64,000 bases of DNA, taken from the NCBI GenBank assembly GCA_034521595.1, contig JAXHMG010000003.1, positions 1,696,001 to 1,760,000 of the forward strand, read 5' to 3'. A program made the translations under genes and the position numbers. This DNA comes from Gemmatimonadota bacterium (GTDB taxonomy: Bacteria; Gemmatimonadota; Gemmatimonadetes; Longimicrobiales; Gaopeijiaceae). The notes under the pieces are model-generated. The model did no database searches and was not told the origin of the DNA. It saw nothing but the letters and a program-made list of their open reading frames with translations. This document shows, piece by piece, positions 10,071 to 19,389 of this stretch. Each line of letters opens with the position of its first letter. Position 1 is the first letter of the stretch.

Positions 10071-11867
10071 TCAGTTCCCTCGTTTGCGCCCGTCCGCCAC
10101 GATAGCCAGCCCGAGCTCCTTCAGCTCGCGCTCCCCCACCCGGGTCGGAGCACCCTCGTAAAGAGCTCGCGCAGCCGTCGTCTTCGGAAACGCGATCACG
10201 TCACGCAGGCTCTCCGATCCGGTGAACCGCTGAACGATACGATCCATCCCCAGCGCAATGCCACCGTGAGGTGGTGCGCCCGTGGAAAGTGCGTCGAGCA
10301 GAAAGCCGAATTTTTCCTCGATCTCCTCGTCGGAGAGTCCCAACACCCGGAGTACCCTACGCTGGAGCTCAGGGTCGTGGATCCTGATGCTACCCGATCC
10401 GAATTCCGTGCCGTTGTACACCAGGTCATACGCGGTACCGCGCACCTTCAAGGGGTCCGACTCGAGTAGATCGAGGTCGTCGGCGTGCGGCATCACGAAC
10501 GGATGGTGCGAAGCGTACAGCTCGCCGTCGTCATCCTCGAAGACCGGGAAATCCGTGACCCAGAGCCACGCGTGCTCACGATCGTGCGGGACGTCCATCA
10601 CCCGGGCGACCGCGGTGCGAGTGGCCGCGAGGGCAGGCGAGGTGACCGCGTCCGGACCGGCGGCCGCGAAGGCGAGATCCCCCTCGCGCATTCCGATCCG
10701 TTCCGCGTGCTCCTCGCCCAAGAAGCGCCCGAGCGGTCCCGAGAAGCCTTCGGCGGACCGCTTGACCCACAGCAACCCCGGAGCCCCCGCCTCCTTCGCC
10801 GCCCCTTCGACCCCGTCGATCTGCTTCCGCGAGAGCGCGCCGCCCCCCTCGATCAACAGGCCACGCACCCTCCCGCCTCCGTCCACGGCATCGCGGATAA
10901 CGCGAAAGTCGACATCCCGTGTCGCCTCGGTCCAATCCGCGAGCTCCAACCCGAAGCGGAGATCAGGTCGGTCCGACCCGTAACGCTCCATCGCCTCCCG
11001 CCAGGTCAGGCGTGGGAAGGGCCCTTCGGCTTCGATCCCGGCCACCCGCGCGAGCGCGATCGCGAGTCCCTCGATCCACCGCAGGATGTCCTCGGGCGCG
11101 ACGAATGAAGCTTCCACGTCGATCTGCGTGAACTCCGGCTGCCGATCCGCTCGGAGGTCTTCGTCACGAAAGCACCGGGCGATCTGGAAGTATCGGTCGA
11201 ATCCGGACACCATCAGGATCTGCTTGTAGAGCTGCGGGCTTTGGGGAAGCGCGTAGAACTCCCCTTTGTGCACGCGGCTCGGCACGAGGTAATCGCGGGC
11301 TCCTTCCGGCGTCGCTTTGGTGAGGATCGGAGTCTCGACCTCCACGAAACCGAGTCGATCCAGATAGTTGCGCGTCTCGAGCACCAAACGATGCCGCAGG
11401 GCCATGTTTCGCTGCAGATGACTCCGCCTGAGATCGAGAGACCGGTGCTGAAGCCGCAGCTCTTCGGCGGGGAGCTCGTCCTCCGGCCCGCGGTAGACCG
11501 GGATCTCGGGCGTGCGCGCCTTCCCGAGGAGACGGACCCGCTCGGCGCGGACCTCGATCTCGCCCGTCGGCAGCTCCGGATTCCGCGCACCTTCGGGGCG
11601 GGTCGCCACCGAACCCTCGACCTGGATCACGTCCTCGTGTCCGAGGCGCGCCGCGAGCTGGACGCCCTCCGAATCCGTCCAGTCCGGTCCGAACGACACC
11701 TGCAGCAGTCCGCTGCGGTCCCGAAGATCCACGAATAGCAGGCCACCGAGGTCGCGTCGCCGGTGAACCCAGCCCACGAGCCGCACTTCATCGCCAACGC
11801 GTGACGCGTTCAGCGAACCGACCATGTCCGAGCGAAACGCCGTCTGGTCCATATCAGGCTGTGACAT
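10071..11867 (-). CDS. aspS: Aspartate-tRNA ligase
   Basis: GWVHRRRDLGG, TPEGARDY, LPQSPQLYKQ, FRDEDLRADRQPEFTQ, PPHGGIALG. Start re-assigned to ATG 11867, which overlaps the upstream stop (TGATG). Confidence 0.97.
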   Translation of the reverse strand: MSQPDMDQTAFRSDMVGSLNASRVGDEVRLVGWVHRRRDLGGLLFVDLRDRSGLLQVSFGPDWTDSEGVQLAARLGHEDVIQVEGSVATRPEGARNPELPTGEIEVRAERVRLLGKARTPEIPVYRGPEDELPAEELRLQHRSLDLRRSHLQRNMALRHRLVLETRNYLDRLGFVEVETPILTKATPEGARDYLVPSRVHKGEFYALPQSPQLYKQILMVSGFDRYFQIARCFRDEDLRADRQPEFTQIDVEASFVAPEDILRWIEGLAIALARVAGIEAEGPFPRLTWREAMERYGSDRPDLRFGLELADWTEATRDVDFRVIRDAVDGGGRVRGLLIEGGGALSRKQIDGVEGAAKEAGAPGLLWVKRSAEGFSGPLGRFLGEEHAERIGMREGDLAFAAAGPDAVTSPALAATRTAVARVMDVPHDREHAWLWVTDFPVFEDDDGELYASHHPFVMPHADDLDLLESDPLKVRGTAYDLVYNGTEFGSGSIRIHDPELQRRVLRVLGLSDEEIEEKFGFLLDALSTGAPPHGGIALGMDRIVQRFTGSESLRDVIAFPKTTAARALYEGAPTRVGERELKELGLAIVADGRKRGN

Positions 11868-12235
11868 CAATCCGTCCGTTGTCCGGCACCGGACAGGCGT
11901 CCGGCACGTATCACGAGGAGGGTGATCAGAACGTATCCGAGGAGCACGCCGGTGATGTCGGCATACCAATCTGCCACGGAAGGCGTCCGGTTCGGAACCA
12001 TCGCCTGGTGCCACTCGTCGAGGGCTCCGTAGCCCACGCCCACGACCACGATCAGCCAGTGGGGGGTGGCCGCTCCGCTCCACCATCGGCCGAAAGCCAG
12101 GGCCCCACCGAGCACCGCGAAGAGGACCAGGTGCACGACCTTGTCGCTCACGGCGAGCCAGGAGGGTCCGGCCGGGTTCGGCCAAGCACTCAATAAAAAG
12201 AGGACCGCCGCCCACACGGCAGCGGGTCCCCACAT
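11867..12235 (-). CDS. VanZ-like small membrane protein
   Basis: DKVVH...GALDEWHQAMVPNR...DWYAD is the VanZ-like signature; start uncertain (12235 or 12280). Confidence 0.85.
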   Translation of the reverse strand: MWGPAAVWAAVLFLLSAWPNPAGPSWLAVSDKVVHLVLFAVLGGALAFGRWWSGAATPHWLIVVVGVGYGALDEWHQAMVPNRTPSVADWYADITGVLLGYVLITLLVIRAGRLSGAGQRTD

Positions 12236-12362
12236 CCGCAATTGGTTGGCCAACGTTGTATCCGAATGGGCTCGGCGCACCGGCCGCGCCCGGTCACCTA
12301 CGGAGGATCCTCGTAGAGCGCTAACTTAAACTGCCTGACCCGGCCAATTCAAGAAACGCCGT

Positions 12363-13478
12363 ATGACCCACGATCACGCACCCGACCTAATCTCTCTGAG
12401 CCCCGAAGCCCTCCGTGAGGTCCTGTCCGAACATTTCCGGGCACGCGGTGAGCCGCCGTACCGCGTCGGGCAGGTCGAGCGTTGGATCTTCGGGGGCTTG
12501 GCCCGAGGGGTCGACGAGATGACCGACCTCCCGGTCGACGAGCGTGTCGCGCTCGGACGAGCCTTCTCCTTCGTGGAGCCGGAAGCGGCCAAGGTCGCGG
12601 TGAGCTCGGACGGCACGGTCAAGCACCTGTGGAGACTGGAGGACGGCGAGCTGGTGGAGTCGGTCCTCATTCCCACGGATCGCCGGCTCACCCTCTGTAT
12701 CTCTTCGCAGGCGGGATGCGCCATGGGCTGCACCTTCTGTGCGACCGGATGGGGTGGGTTCTCCCGCCAGCTTTCGGCCGGAGAGATCGTGGCCCAGTAC
12801 CGCGCATCACGACGGTGGGCCGAAGCACACGAGCGCGGACCGATCACGAACATCGTGTTCATGGGGATGGGAGAGCCGCTCTCGAACCGCAAGGCGGTGC
12901 ACCCCGCGTTGACGCTCCTGAATCAGGGATACGGCGTCGGTGCGCGGCGCATCACGGTATCGACGGTCGGGGTCGTCCCCGGGATCCTCGAGCTGGCGGA
13001 CCGCCCCGAGCAGTTTCGACTCGCGATATCGCTCCACGCTCCGGACAGCGCGCTACGCCGTGAGCTCATTCCGTTGGAAAGCCGCCACCCCCTCCCCGAG
13101 CTGCTGGACGCGCTGCGACGCTTCGACACCGGCGGCGGAAAACGGATCACCTTCGAGTACACGATGATCGATGGCATGAACGACGATCCGGCTCTCGCGC
13201 CGCGGCTGGCGGAGCTGGCCGGCGACGTCGGCGCCTTCGTGAACCTCATCCCGTTCAACCCGATCCCGTTCCAGGACTGGTCTCCCTCCTCTCCCGAGCG
13301 TATCCGGGCCTTCGCGAACGTCCTCGAGGAACGGGGCATCTCGGTCGCCATCCGTGAAACACGCGGCCGGGACATCGACGCGGCCTGCGGGCAGCTTCGG
13401 GGACACGCGCTCACGCAGATTCAAGGTCCGGGCGAGCGTCGACGAAAAGGCGGTCAGGAAGCCATGCCGGGGGGCTGA
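12363..13478 (+). CDS. rlmN: Dual-specificity RNA methyltransferase RlmN (radical SAM)
   Basis: CISSQAGCAMGCTFCATG, MGMGEP, SLHAP, DIDAACGQL. Confidence 0.96.
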   Translation: MTHDHAPDLISLSPEALREVLSEHFRARGEPPYRVGQVERWIFGGLARGVDEMTDLPVDERVALGRAFSFVEPEAAKVAVSSDGTVKHLWRLEDGELVESVLIPTDRRLTLCISSQAGCAMGCTFCATGWGGFSRQLSAGEIVAQYRASRRWAEAHERGPITNIVFMGMGEPLSNRKAVHPALTLLNQGYGVGARRITVSTVGVVPGILELADRPEQFRLAISLHAPDSALRRELIPLESRHPLPELLDALRRFDTGGGKRITFEYTMIDGMNDDPALAPRLAELAGDVGAFVNLIPFNPIPFQDWSPSSPERIRAFANVLEERGISVAIRETRGRDIDAACGQLRGHALTQIQGPGERRRKGGQEAMPGG

Positions 13479-13500
13479 GCCCGGGGGCAGGTTGGCGGGG

Positions 13501-14295
13501 TCAGTCGATCGCGCGGCCGATTCGGTCCCAGCGTATCTCCCGGAGCGCGGGAAAGGGCCGGTGCGAATCCCGGTTGTAGGAGAAGTACGTGAACACCGCG
13601 CGGCCTTCGAGGCGCCATCGCTCCAGAAGCCCCCAGTACCGTGAATCGAGGCTCCGCTCCCGATTGTCCCCGAGCATGAAGTAGCGGCCTTCGGGAATCA
13701 CGATGGGACCCCAGTTGTCGCGAGTCGGCGCGTAGGTCGAAGGGTCGACGTCGGCCACGAGGTAGTCCCGCTGCCAACGCATCCACGGGTGGCGCTCGTC
13801 GTCCACCGGATCGTGACGTACATACGGCTCGTCGACGGGCTCGCCGTTCAGGTGGAGGACCCGGTCGCGCATCGCCAGGGTGTCGCCCGGCACCCCGACG
13901 AGGCGCTTGATCAGCATCAGCGTTTCCTCGTGAGGCGGGTCGAAAACGAGGATGTCCCCTCGCTCCGGCTCCGAATATCCCGGAATCCGTATGTCCAAGC
14001 CGGGAACGGCGGAGCCCATCGCCAGGCGGTTGACCAGCAGCATGTCGCCCACCAGCAAGGTGTCCTCCATGGACCCGGATGTGATGACGAAGGTCTGCAC
14101 GACGAACGCGCGGAGCACCAGGAAGAGCACCAGAGCCACCGCGAGTGACTTGAGCCACTCCAGCGCCCCGCTCTCTCGAGGCCGACGGTCCGTCTTTCCC
14201 GCCCTTTCGCTCTTGGACCGCTCGCGGCGCCGCCCCGTCCCGGCCGTTCCCTCGCGCCGTCGGTTCCGTCGCCTGCCTTTCTCGGATTTCGCCAT
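13501..14295 (-). CDS. lepB: Signal peptidase I
   Basis: SGSMEDTL (Ser), IKRLVGVPGD (Lys), GDNRERSLDSRYWG; single TM helix after an Arg-rich N-terminus. Confidence 0.95.
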   Translation of the reverse strand: MAKSEKGRRRNRRREGTAGTGRRRERSKSERAGKTDRRPRESGALEWLKSLAVALVLFLVLRAFVVQTFVITSGSMEDTLLVGDMLLVNRLAMGSAVPGLDIRIPGYSEPERGDILVFDPPHEETLMLIKRLVGVPGDTLAMRDRVLHLNGEPVDEPYVRHDPVDDERHPWMRWQRDYLVADVDPSTYAPTRDNWGPIVIPEGRYFMLGDNRERSLDSRYWGLLERWRLEGRAVFTYFSYNRDSHRPFPALREIRWDRIGRAID

Positions 14296-14353
14296 CTGGT
14301 TCGATCGTCTGGTGAGTACGAAGGAGTGCGCCGTGCCCGACCCTCAGGGTCGG

Positions 14354-14794
14354 TCAGGACCCGGCCGGGGAACGTCGGAAGTCCTCGGGCAAATCCCAGC
14401 GACTTCCGAGCACGACCGACACATCCACGTAGAGGTCCGGGTCCGGATCGCTCCGGACGTTACCGATTCCGAGCGCCTCCGCAACGGCCTCGGCCAACTC
14501 GGGGCGTCCGACCCGGTCGACGACTTCCGACTCGACCCGGTCGAACGACTCGGCGTTCCCGAAGTAGACCACGTCGAACCCGATCGAACGAGCGAACTCC
14601 GTGGCTCGCCGGGCCGCCCCGCCGACTCCACCCCCGTTCAAGACCTCTACCCGGACGCGAGTGTCCGGGACGGACAACGTACGTGTTTCGCTCACGCCCT
14701 GGTCGGAATCGGTTCGGATCGCGAAGAATGCCGCCGTGACCAGCAAGCCGGCAACGGCGAGCGCGCTCCAAAGTCCCGGACGCCGGGACCTCAC
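14354..14794 (-). CDS. LytR C-terminal domain protein (membrane anchored)
   Basis: TM helix then RVEVLNGGGVGGAA...GNA...DVSVVLG. GTG 14794 overlaps the yqeK stop (GTGA). Confidence 0.85.
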   Translation of the reverse strand: MRSRRPGLWSALAVAGLLVTAAFFAIRTDSDQGVSETRTLSVPDTRVRVEVLNGGGVGGAARRATEFARSIGFDVVYFGNAESFDRVESEVVDRVGRPELAEAVAEALGIGNVRSDPDPDLYVDVSVVLGSRWDLPEDFRRSPAGS

Positions 14795-15384
14795 GAGCCC
14801 GCCCCTACGGATTCCCGCACGAGCACGTTCCAGAAGGCCACGGTGGGATTCCTGAGCGTCTGCCGCCGGTCGACGACGTGGCCGATGCGAGCGGCGGCGA
14901 TCTCCTTCGTGACGGGACCGAGTGCCCGGGGCATGCGGGCTCGAAGCGCGGACCGCCATTCCTCCAGAAAGGGACGTCCGGGCTCGAGGAAGTCAGCGGA
15001 GTACAGCGCACGGCCCAGATCGTCGAGCTCGGGGTGCCCCAGGGTGTGATACGAGATCGACAGGAGCAGGGGGCCGTCCCGAACGCCTTCTTCACGAAGG
15101 CGCTCCGCGGCCGCGGGACCGTGAAGCATGGGTCCGGGCCAGGCACGACACTCCGCCGGCACCCGGTCGCGCAGTGCCTCGGGGTCGGCATCGCGCAGGG
15201 CGTCGTGGAGGTAGGCGGCGGCCCGCCAACGCGCTCGGTCGGTCTCGGAAAGCTCGAGGTCCTCGCCCCAACGGTCCAAGAGCACCGCGACGCGCTCGAT
15301 ATGGGCCCGGCGGCCACGGGTGACGCAAGCCCAATCCGGCAGCACGCCTCCGGCGGCCGCGGTCACCCGCTCGTGTAGCTCCAT
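14791..15384 (-). CDS. yqeK: YqeK-like HD hydrolase (putative symmetrical Ap4A hydrolase)
   Basis: C-terminal part of the 738-aa track ORF, from ATG 15384: RAHIERV, LHD, LHGPAAA, YHTLG, ADFLEPGR. Confidence 0.82.
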   Translation of the reverse strand: MELHERVTAAAGGVLPDWACVTRGRRAHIERVAVLLDRWGEDLELSETDRARWRAAAYLHDALRDADPEALRDRVPAECRAWPGPMLHGPAAAERLREEGVRDGPLLLSISYHTLGHPELDDLGRALYSADFLEPGRPFLEEWRSALRARMPRALGPVTKEIAAARIGHVVDRRQTLRNPTVAFWNVLVRESVGAGS

Positions 15385-15501
15385 CGGCAGTCCGGGATGG
15401 TATAGGGTTACTCTGGCGCAGGCTGAAAAGATGGGGTCGGCGGCCCGCACATGGGTAGCCCCACCGGCACGCTCCGGCCGGATCGGGGTTACCAGTGCGG
15501 C

Positions 15502-17169
15502 ATGTCGATACGCTGGGACGCGCTGCTGACTCGCCACATGGCCGAAGAGCTCCAGGAGCTGCTCGTCGGCACCCACCTTCGTGCCTTTCGGCTGGACGGG
15601 ACGGAGCGGGACCTCGTGCTCCTGTTCCGCGAGCGCACCGTCATCTGGAGGCTCCACCCCTCGAGAGGCCAGATCCTGCTTCGGCGGCCCGTCGATCCGG
15701 GGCCGTCCGATCTCCGGTACCCCGCTCGCGTACGAGAAGTGAGCGTGCCTCCCGACGAACGGTGGATCCGCATCGAGCTCCTCGCCAAGCGCGGCCATCC
15801 TCCCTACGACCTGACCGTCGAGTTGTTGGGGAATCAGTGGAACGCCGTGATCGCCGAGGCGCCGTCCGGCATCACGCGTCACGTGCTCTGGTCGCGCGAC
15901 ACAGGACGCGGGCACCGGGTGGGAGAGCGGTATCACCCTCCCGACCCACGCCCTCGCGCCGGCGTGCCCGGAGAAGGAGCGGAAGTGCTCGACGTGGAAC
16001 GATGGCGGGAGATCCTCGCCCCTCTTGCTCCCGAGCACAGGCGCGCCGCGTTGGTGCGCGGCGTGGCCTGGGCCTCGCCGCTCAACGCGTCCTACCTGCT
16101 CGCCGAGGACGTCGAGGGATCCGACGAGGAGCGCCTGTCGGTGGGATACCAGCGTTGGTGCACCCTCGCGGATGGGGCACCGGGCCGTGGTCCGGTGGTT
16201 CTCGAGTGGAGCGGCGGACCTCAACCGTATCCCCTCGCTCTTCCTTCCGTCCCCTACGAGAGGGTCTCGACCTTGTTCGAGGCTTTCGAGGTGGCCGGCC
16301 GGGATGACGGCTCCGGGAACGAACCGGATCGGGTCACGCTTCTGGACCCGGAGCTGCTGCGGCGACTCACCGACACGGCGGAGCGCGCGCGGCGCAAGGT
16401 GGAGGTCCTGGAACGCGAGCTCGCCGAGCTCGACGACGCCGAACGGGTCCGCGCTGTCGGAGACCTCGTTCTCGCCCGCTACGGCGATATTCCTCCGGGT
16501 GAGGACAAGGCCGTCTTGACCGGGTTCGACGGTGCCGAGGTCGGGGTCGAGCTCGACCCCGCTCGTGCTCCTCACGAGAACGCGGACCGCTACTACCGGG
16601 AGGCCGCCCGCATCGAGCGTGCCCGGGCCAGGCTCCCGGACATGATCGAGCGGCAACGACGAGCGGTCCAAGAGCTCGACCGACTGGTCGAGCGTGCCCA
16701 AGACGGAGAAGCGTCGCCCGAGGAGATCCAAGCGGCGCTCCCCGACCGCGGCGCTCGGCAAGCGGCGAACCGCTACGACGGTCCCCTCAAGCCCTACCGG
16801 ACCTTCCGGAGCACCGGGGGGCTCGAGATCCGTGTCGGACGCGGCGCGCGTCACAACGACGAGCTCACGTTCAAGCACTCCGCCCCCCACGACGTTTGGC
16901 TCCATGCGCGGCACGCGGCAGGCGCCCACGTGATTCTGCGCTGGCAAGGCCCCGGGAATCCACCGGCGCGAGACCTGGCCGAAGCGGCGACCCTCGCCGC
17001 GCTCCATTCAAAGGCGCGGACGTCCGGGAGCGTGCCCGTGGACTGGACGCTGAGGAAGTATGTGAGAAAGCCCCGCAAGGCACCGCGGGGCGCGGTCGTT
17101 CCGGACCGTGTGAGCACGCTGTTCGTACGGCCCGACCCTACCCTGGAGCGGGCGCTCGCGTCCGAGTGA
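15502..17169 (+). CDS. rqcH: NFACT family protein (RqcH/Rqc2/FbpA-like ribosome quality control factor)
   Basis: NFACT-N (ELLGNQWNA), coiled coil, ENADRYY, NFACT-R (VGRGARHNDELT, WLHAR, GAHV, RKYVRKP). Start re-assigned to ATG 15502. Confidence 0.88.
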   Translation: MSIRWDALLTRHMAEELQELLVGTHLRAFRLDGTERDLVLLFRERTVIWRLHPSRGQILLRRPVDPGPSDLRYPARVREVSVPPDERWIRIELLAKRGHPPYDLTVELLGNQWNAVIAEAPSGITRHVLWSRDTGRGHRVGERYHPPDPRPRAGVPGEGAEVLDVERWREILAPLAPEHRRAALVRGVAWASPLNASYLLAEDVEGSDEERLSVGYQRWCTLADGAPGRGPVVLEWSGGPQPYPLALPSVPYERVSTLFEAFEVAGRDDGSGNEPDRVTLLDPELLRRLTDTAERARRKVEVLERELAELDDAERVRAVGDLVLARYGDIPPGEDKAVLTGFDGAEVGVELDPARAPHENADRYYREAARIERARARLPDMIERQRRAVQELDRLVERAQDGEASPEEIQAALPDRGARQAANRYDGPLKPYRTFRSTGGLEIRVGRGARHNDELTFKHSAPHDVWLHARHAAGAHVILRWQGPGNPPARDLAEAATLAALHSKARTSGSVPVDWTLRKYVRKPRKAPRGAVVPDRVSTLFVRPDPTLERALASE

Positions 17170-17179
17170 CGCAGGCTCG

Positions 17180-17956
17180 CTACCCGTCCATCCCACGCCG
17201 CAGCGATTCGATGAACCCCGCGGCCTCCGAGATTCCCCCGGCATCCAACGCCTGGATGAGCGCACTACCCACCACGACGCCGTCGGCGAACCGAGCCACG
17301 GCGCTCGCTTGCTCGGGGTTGGAGATGCCGAAGCCCACGGCGACGGGGAGCGACACGACCTCCTTGAGGCGCGCGACTTCCTCACCCAGCGTCGCGCTCA
17401 GGTCCACGCTCGCCCCCGTCACGCCGGTCCGCGAGATGTAGTACACGAACCCCGAGCCCCCTGCGACCGCCTTCGGGACCCGCTCGATGGACGTGGTGGG
17501 TGCCACCAACCGAATGAGATCGAGCGGACTCTCCACGATCGTGCGCTCGACTTCGGGATCGGAGCCGGCCGGAAGGTCGGTCATCAACAGTCCGTGCGCT
17601 CCCGCATCCACGGCGTCCTTCACGAACGAGGACACACCATGCCGGAGCACCGGGTTCAGATAGGTGAAGAGGACGATCGGCGTCTCGTGTCGAGTCCGGA
17701 AGGTGGCGACGTCGTCGAGCACGCGCCGTACCGTCATTCCGTTCTCGAGCGCGGTGAACGACGAGCGCTGGATCGTGGGCCCGTCCGCGAGCGGATCCGA
17801 GAAGGGGATGCCCACCTCGAGCACGTCGGCACCGGCGTCGACCAAGGCCTCGAGCAAGGGCACGGTCGATGTCAGCTCCGGATATCCGGCCGTGATGTAC
17901 GGAATGAGCGCAGAACGTCCTTCAGCGCTCCGCGCCCTGAATGTGGCCGTAATCAC
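17180..17956 (-). CDS. trpA: Tryptophan synthase alpha subunit
   Basis: PYITAGYP, EVGIPFSDPLADGPTIQ, SRTGVTG, VGFGIS, DGVVVGSA. Confidence 0.97.
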   Translation of the reverse strand: MITATFRARSAEGRSALIPYITAGYPELTSTVPLLEALVDAGADVLEVGIPFSDPLADGPTIQRSSFTALENGMTVRRVLDDVATFRTRHETPIVLFTYLNPVLRHGVSSFVKDAVDAGAHGLLMTDLPAGSDPEVERTIVESPLDLIRLVAPTTSIERVPKAVAGGSGFVYYISRTGVTGASVDLSATLGEEVARLKEVVSLPVAVGFGISNPEQASAVARFADGVVVGSALIQALDAGGISEAAGFIESLRRGMDG

Positions 17957-19389
17957 GTGAGGAGGTAGTCGCTGACGCGGATCCCGTACTTCTGCGGATC
18001 GGTCGTCTTGATGATCTGCCGGACGGGAGCCCCCGTGGCGGGATCGTTCCGGGCGAGGTTGAGCGTGACCGGCTCCGAAAGCGGCAGCCCGACAGGGTCG
18101 GAGATGACTCGAACACGTGGGCGGTGCAGGAGATCCGGGTCGGGGTTCACCTGGGACACGACCGCGAGCTCGTGCGTGTCGAGAATCACCAACGTACCGA
18201 CCGGATACACACCCGTGGCCGTGATGAGCACTTTCACGAGGAGGGTGTCGAAGCCCCTCTTCGGATTGTCACGCATCTCCTGCAGGACGGCGTCCGGAGG
18301 CCAGGGCTGATATTGGTAGCTCCGCACGGAGGTGCCCGCGTCGAAGGCGTCGGCGACCGAGACGATCCGCGAGAACAACGTGGGCTCGCGCGGACGTCGG
18401 CTCGATGGGTAACCGCTGAGGTCGGTCTTCATGTGATGCTCGTACGCCATGAGCATCTGGCGATAAGGGACGTCGGTGAAACCCTGAAGCTGGAAGAGAA
18501 GCAACAGCCCTTCCGTAGGGTGCTTCATGAGCTCACGCCACTCGTAATCATCCAGGCCCGTCGGCTTGTTGATGATATCCACGTCGATCCGCTGCTTGCC
18601 GACATCGTGAAACAGGGCCCCTAGCCCGAGCTCGTAGAGCTGGAGGCGTTCGAGCCCGATCCGCTGTCCGATGATCACGCTGAAGATGCAGACGTTCACG
18701 GAATGGGTGAACGTGTACTCGTCGAAGTCACGCAGCGTCGTCATCGTGACCATCGACGATTCGTTCGAGAGCACCTGGTCGACGATGCCCTGGACGGCTC
18801 GCTTCACCTTCCGGACGTTCACCGCCTTCCCGAGACGCATGTCGCCCAGGGCGTCCTTGGCCACCTTCACCGACTGCGCGTACGTGCGTTTCGCGGCGGT
18901 GAGCGCCTCCTCGTCTTCCTCGGGCTCCTCGACCTCCGTGATGGCCCGGACTTCGATGTGCGTGACCGGCGTCGCGGCGAAGCGCTCTCGAAAGCCCTCG
19001 AACGGACGATCTCCGCCGGGACTCCGCAGCAGCATCGAGATGAACGGAGCCCATTCCGCCCGCTCGATCCCCGGGAGGATCTCCAGCGCTCCGATCCCGT
19101 GATCATGAAGCGCACGGGCGAAGGACCCGAACGTCGAGAAGTTCGAGAGATCCAACCGCAGGCGAGTCTCGTTCAAGAAGAAGAAGTCGCCGACGACCCT
19201 GACTTCCACGCCACCTTCGAGCGCCAGGATGCGCTGAACCAACGCATCGAGCTCGTCGACCGCCTGCTGCACCGTCTCGTTCTCGACGGGATAGAGCTTG
19301 AGGGCGTTGAGGGTTCCGTACAGCGCCGCGAGCAACCGGCGGCCTTCATCCTGGAGATTCAGGCCTCGCTGCTCCTGGGGCATCGTCAT
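17953..19389 (-). CDS. HD-GYP domain protein (putative cyclic dinucleotide phosphodiesterase) with an unnamed N-terminal domain
   Basis: DEYTFTHSVNV, FHDVGK, EHHMKTDLSGYP, VADAFDA, and the C-terminal GVYPVGTLV extension. Confidence 0.9.
   Translation of the reverse strand: MTMPQEQRGLNLQDEGRRLLAALYGTLNALKLYPVENETVQQAVDELDALVQRILALEGGVEVRVVGDFFFLNETRLRLDLSNFSTFGSFARALHDHGIGALEILPGIERAEWAPFISMLLRSPGGDRPFEGFRERFAATPVTHIEVRAITEVEEPEEDEEALTAAKRTYAQSVKVAKDALGDMRLGKAVNVRKVKRAVQGIVDQVLSNESSMVTMTTLRDFDEYTFTHSVNVCIFSVIIGQRIGLERLQLYELGLGALFHDVGKQRIDVDIINKPTGLDDYEWRELMKHPTEGLLLLFQLQGFTDVPYRQMLMAYEHHMKTDLSGYPSSRRPREPTLFSRIVSVADAFDAGTSVRSYQYQPWPPDAVLQEMRDNPKRGFDTLLVKVLITATGVYPVGTLVILDTHELAVVSQVNPDPDLLHRPRVRVISDPVGLPLSEPVTLNLARNDPATGAPVRQIIKTTDPQKYGIRVSDYLLT

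Noticed and set aside
11867-12280. VanZ-like gene as a glycopeptide resistance locus
   Set aside because: No other van genes are present; small VanZ-like proteins are widespread, and this one is coupled to aspS.
14791-17007. 738-aa ORF that looks like a large fusion ending in an HD domain
   Set aside because: Only the last 197 aa (from ATG 15384) are YqeK-like; the rest is the antisense of the NFACT gene.
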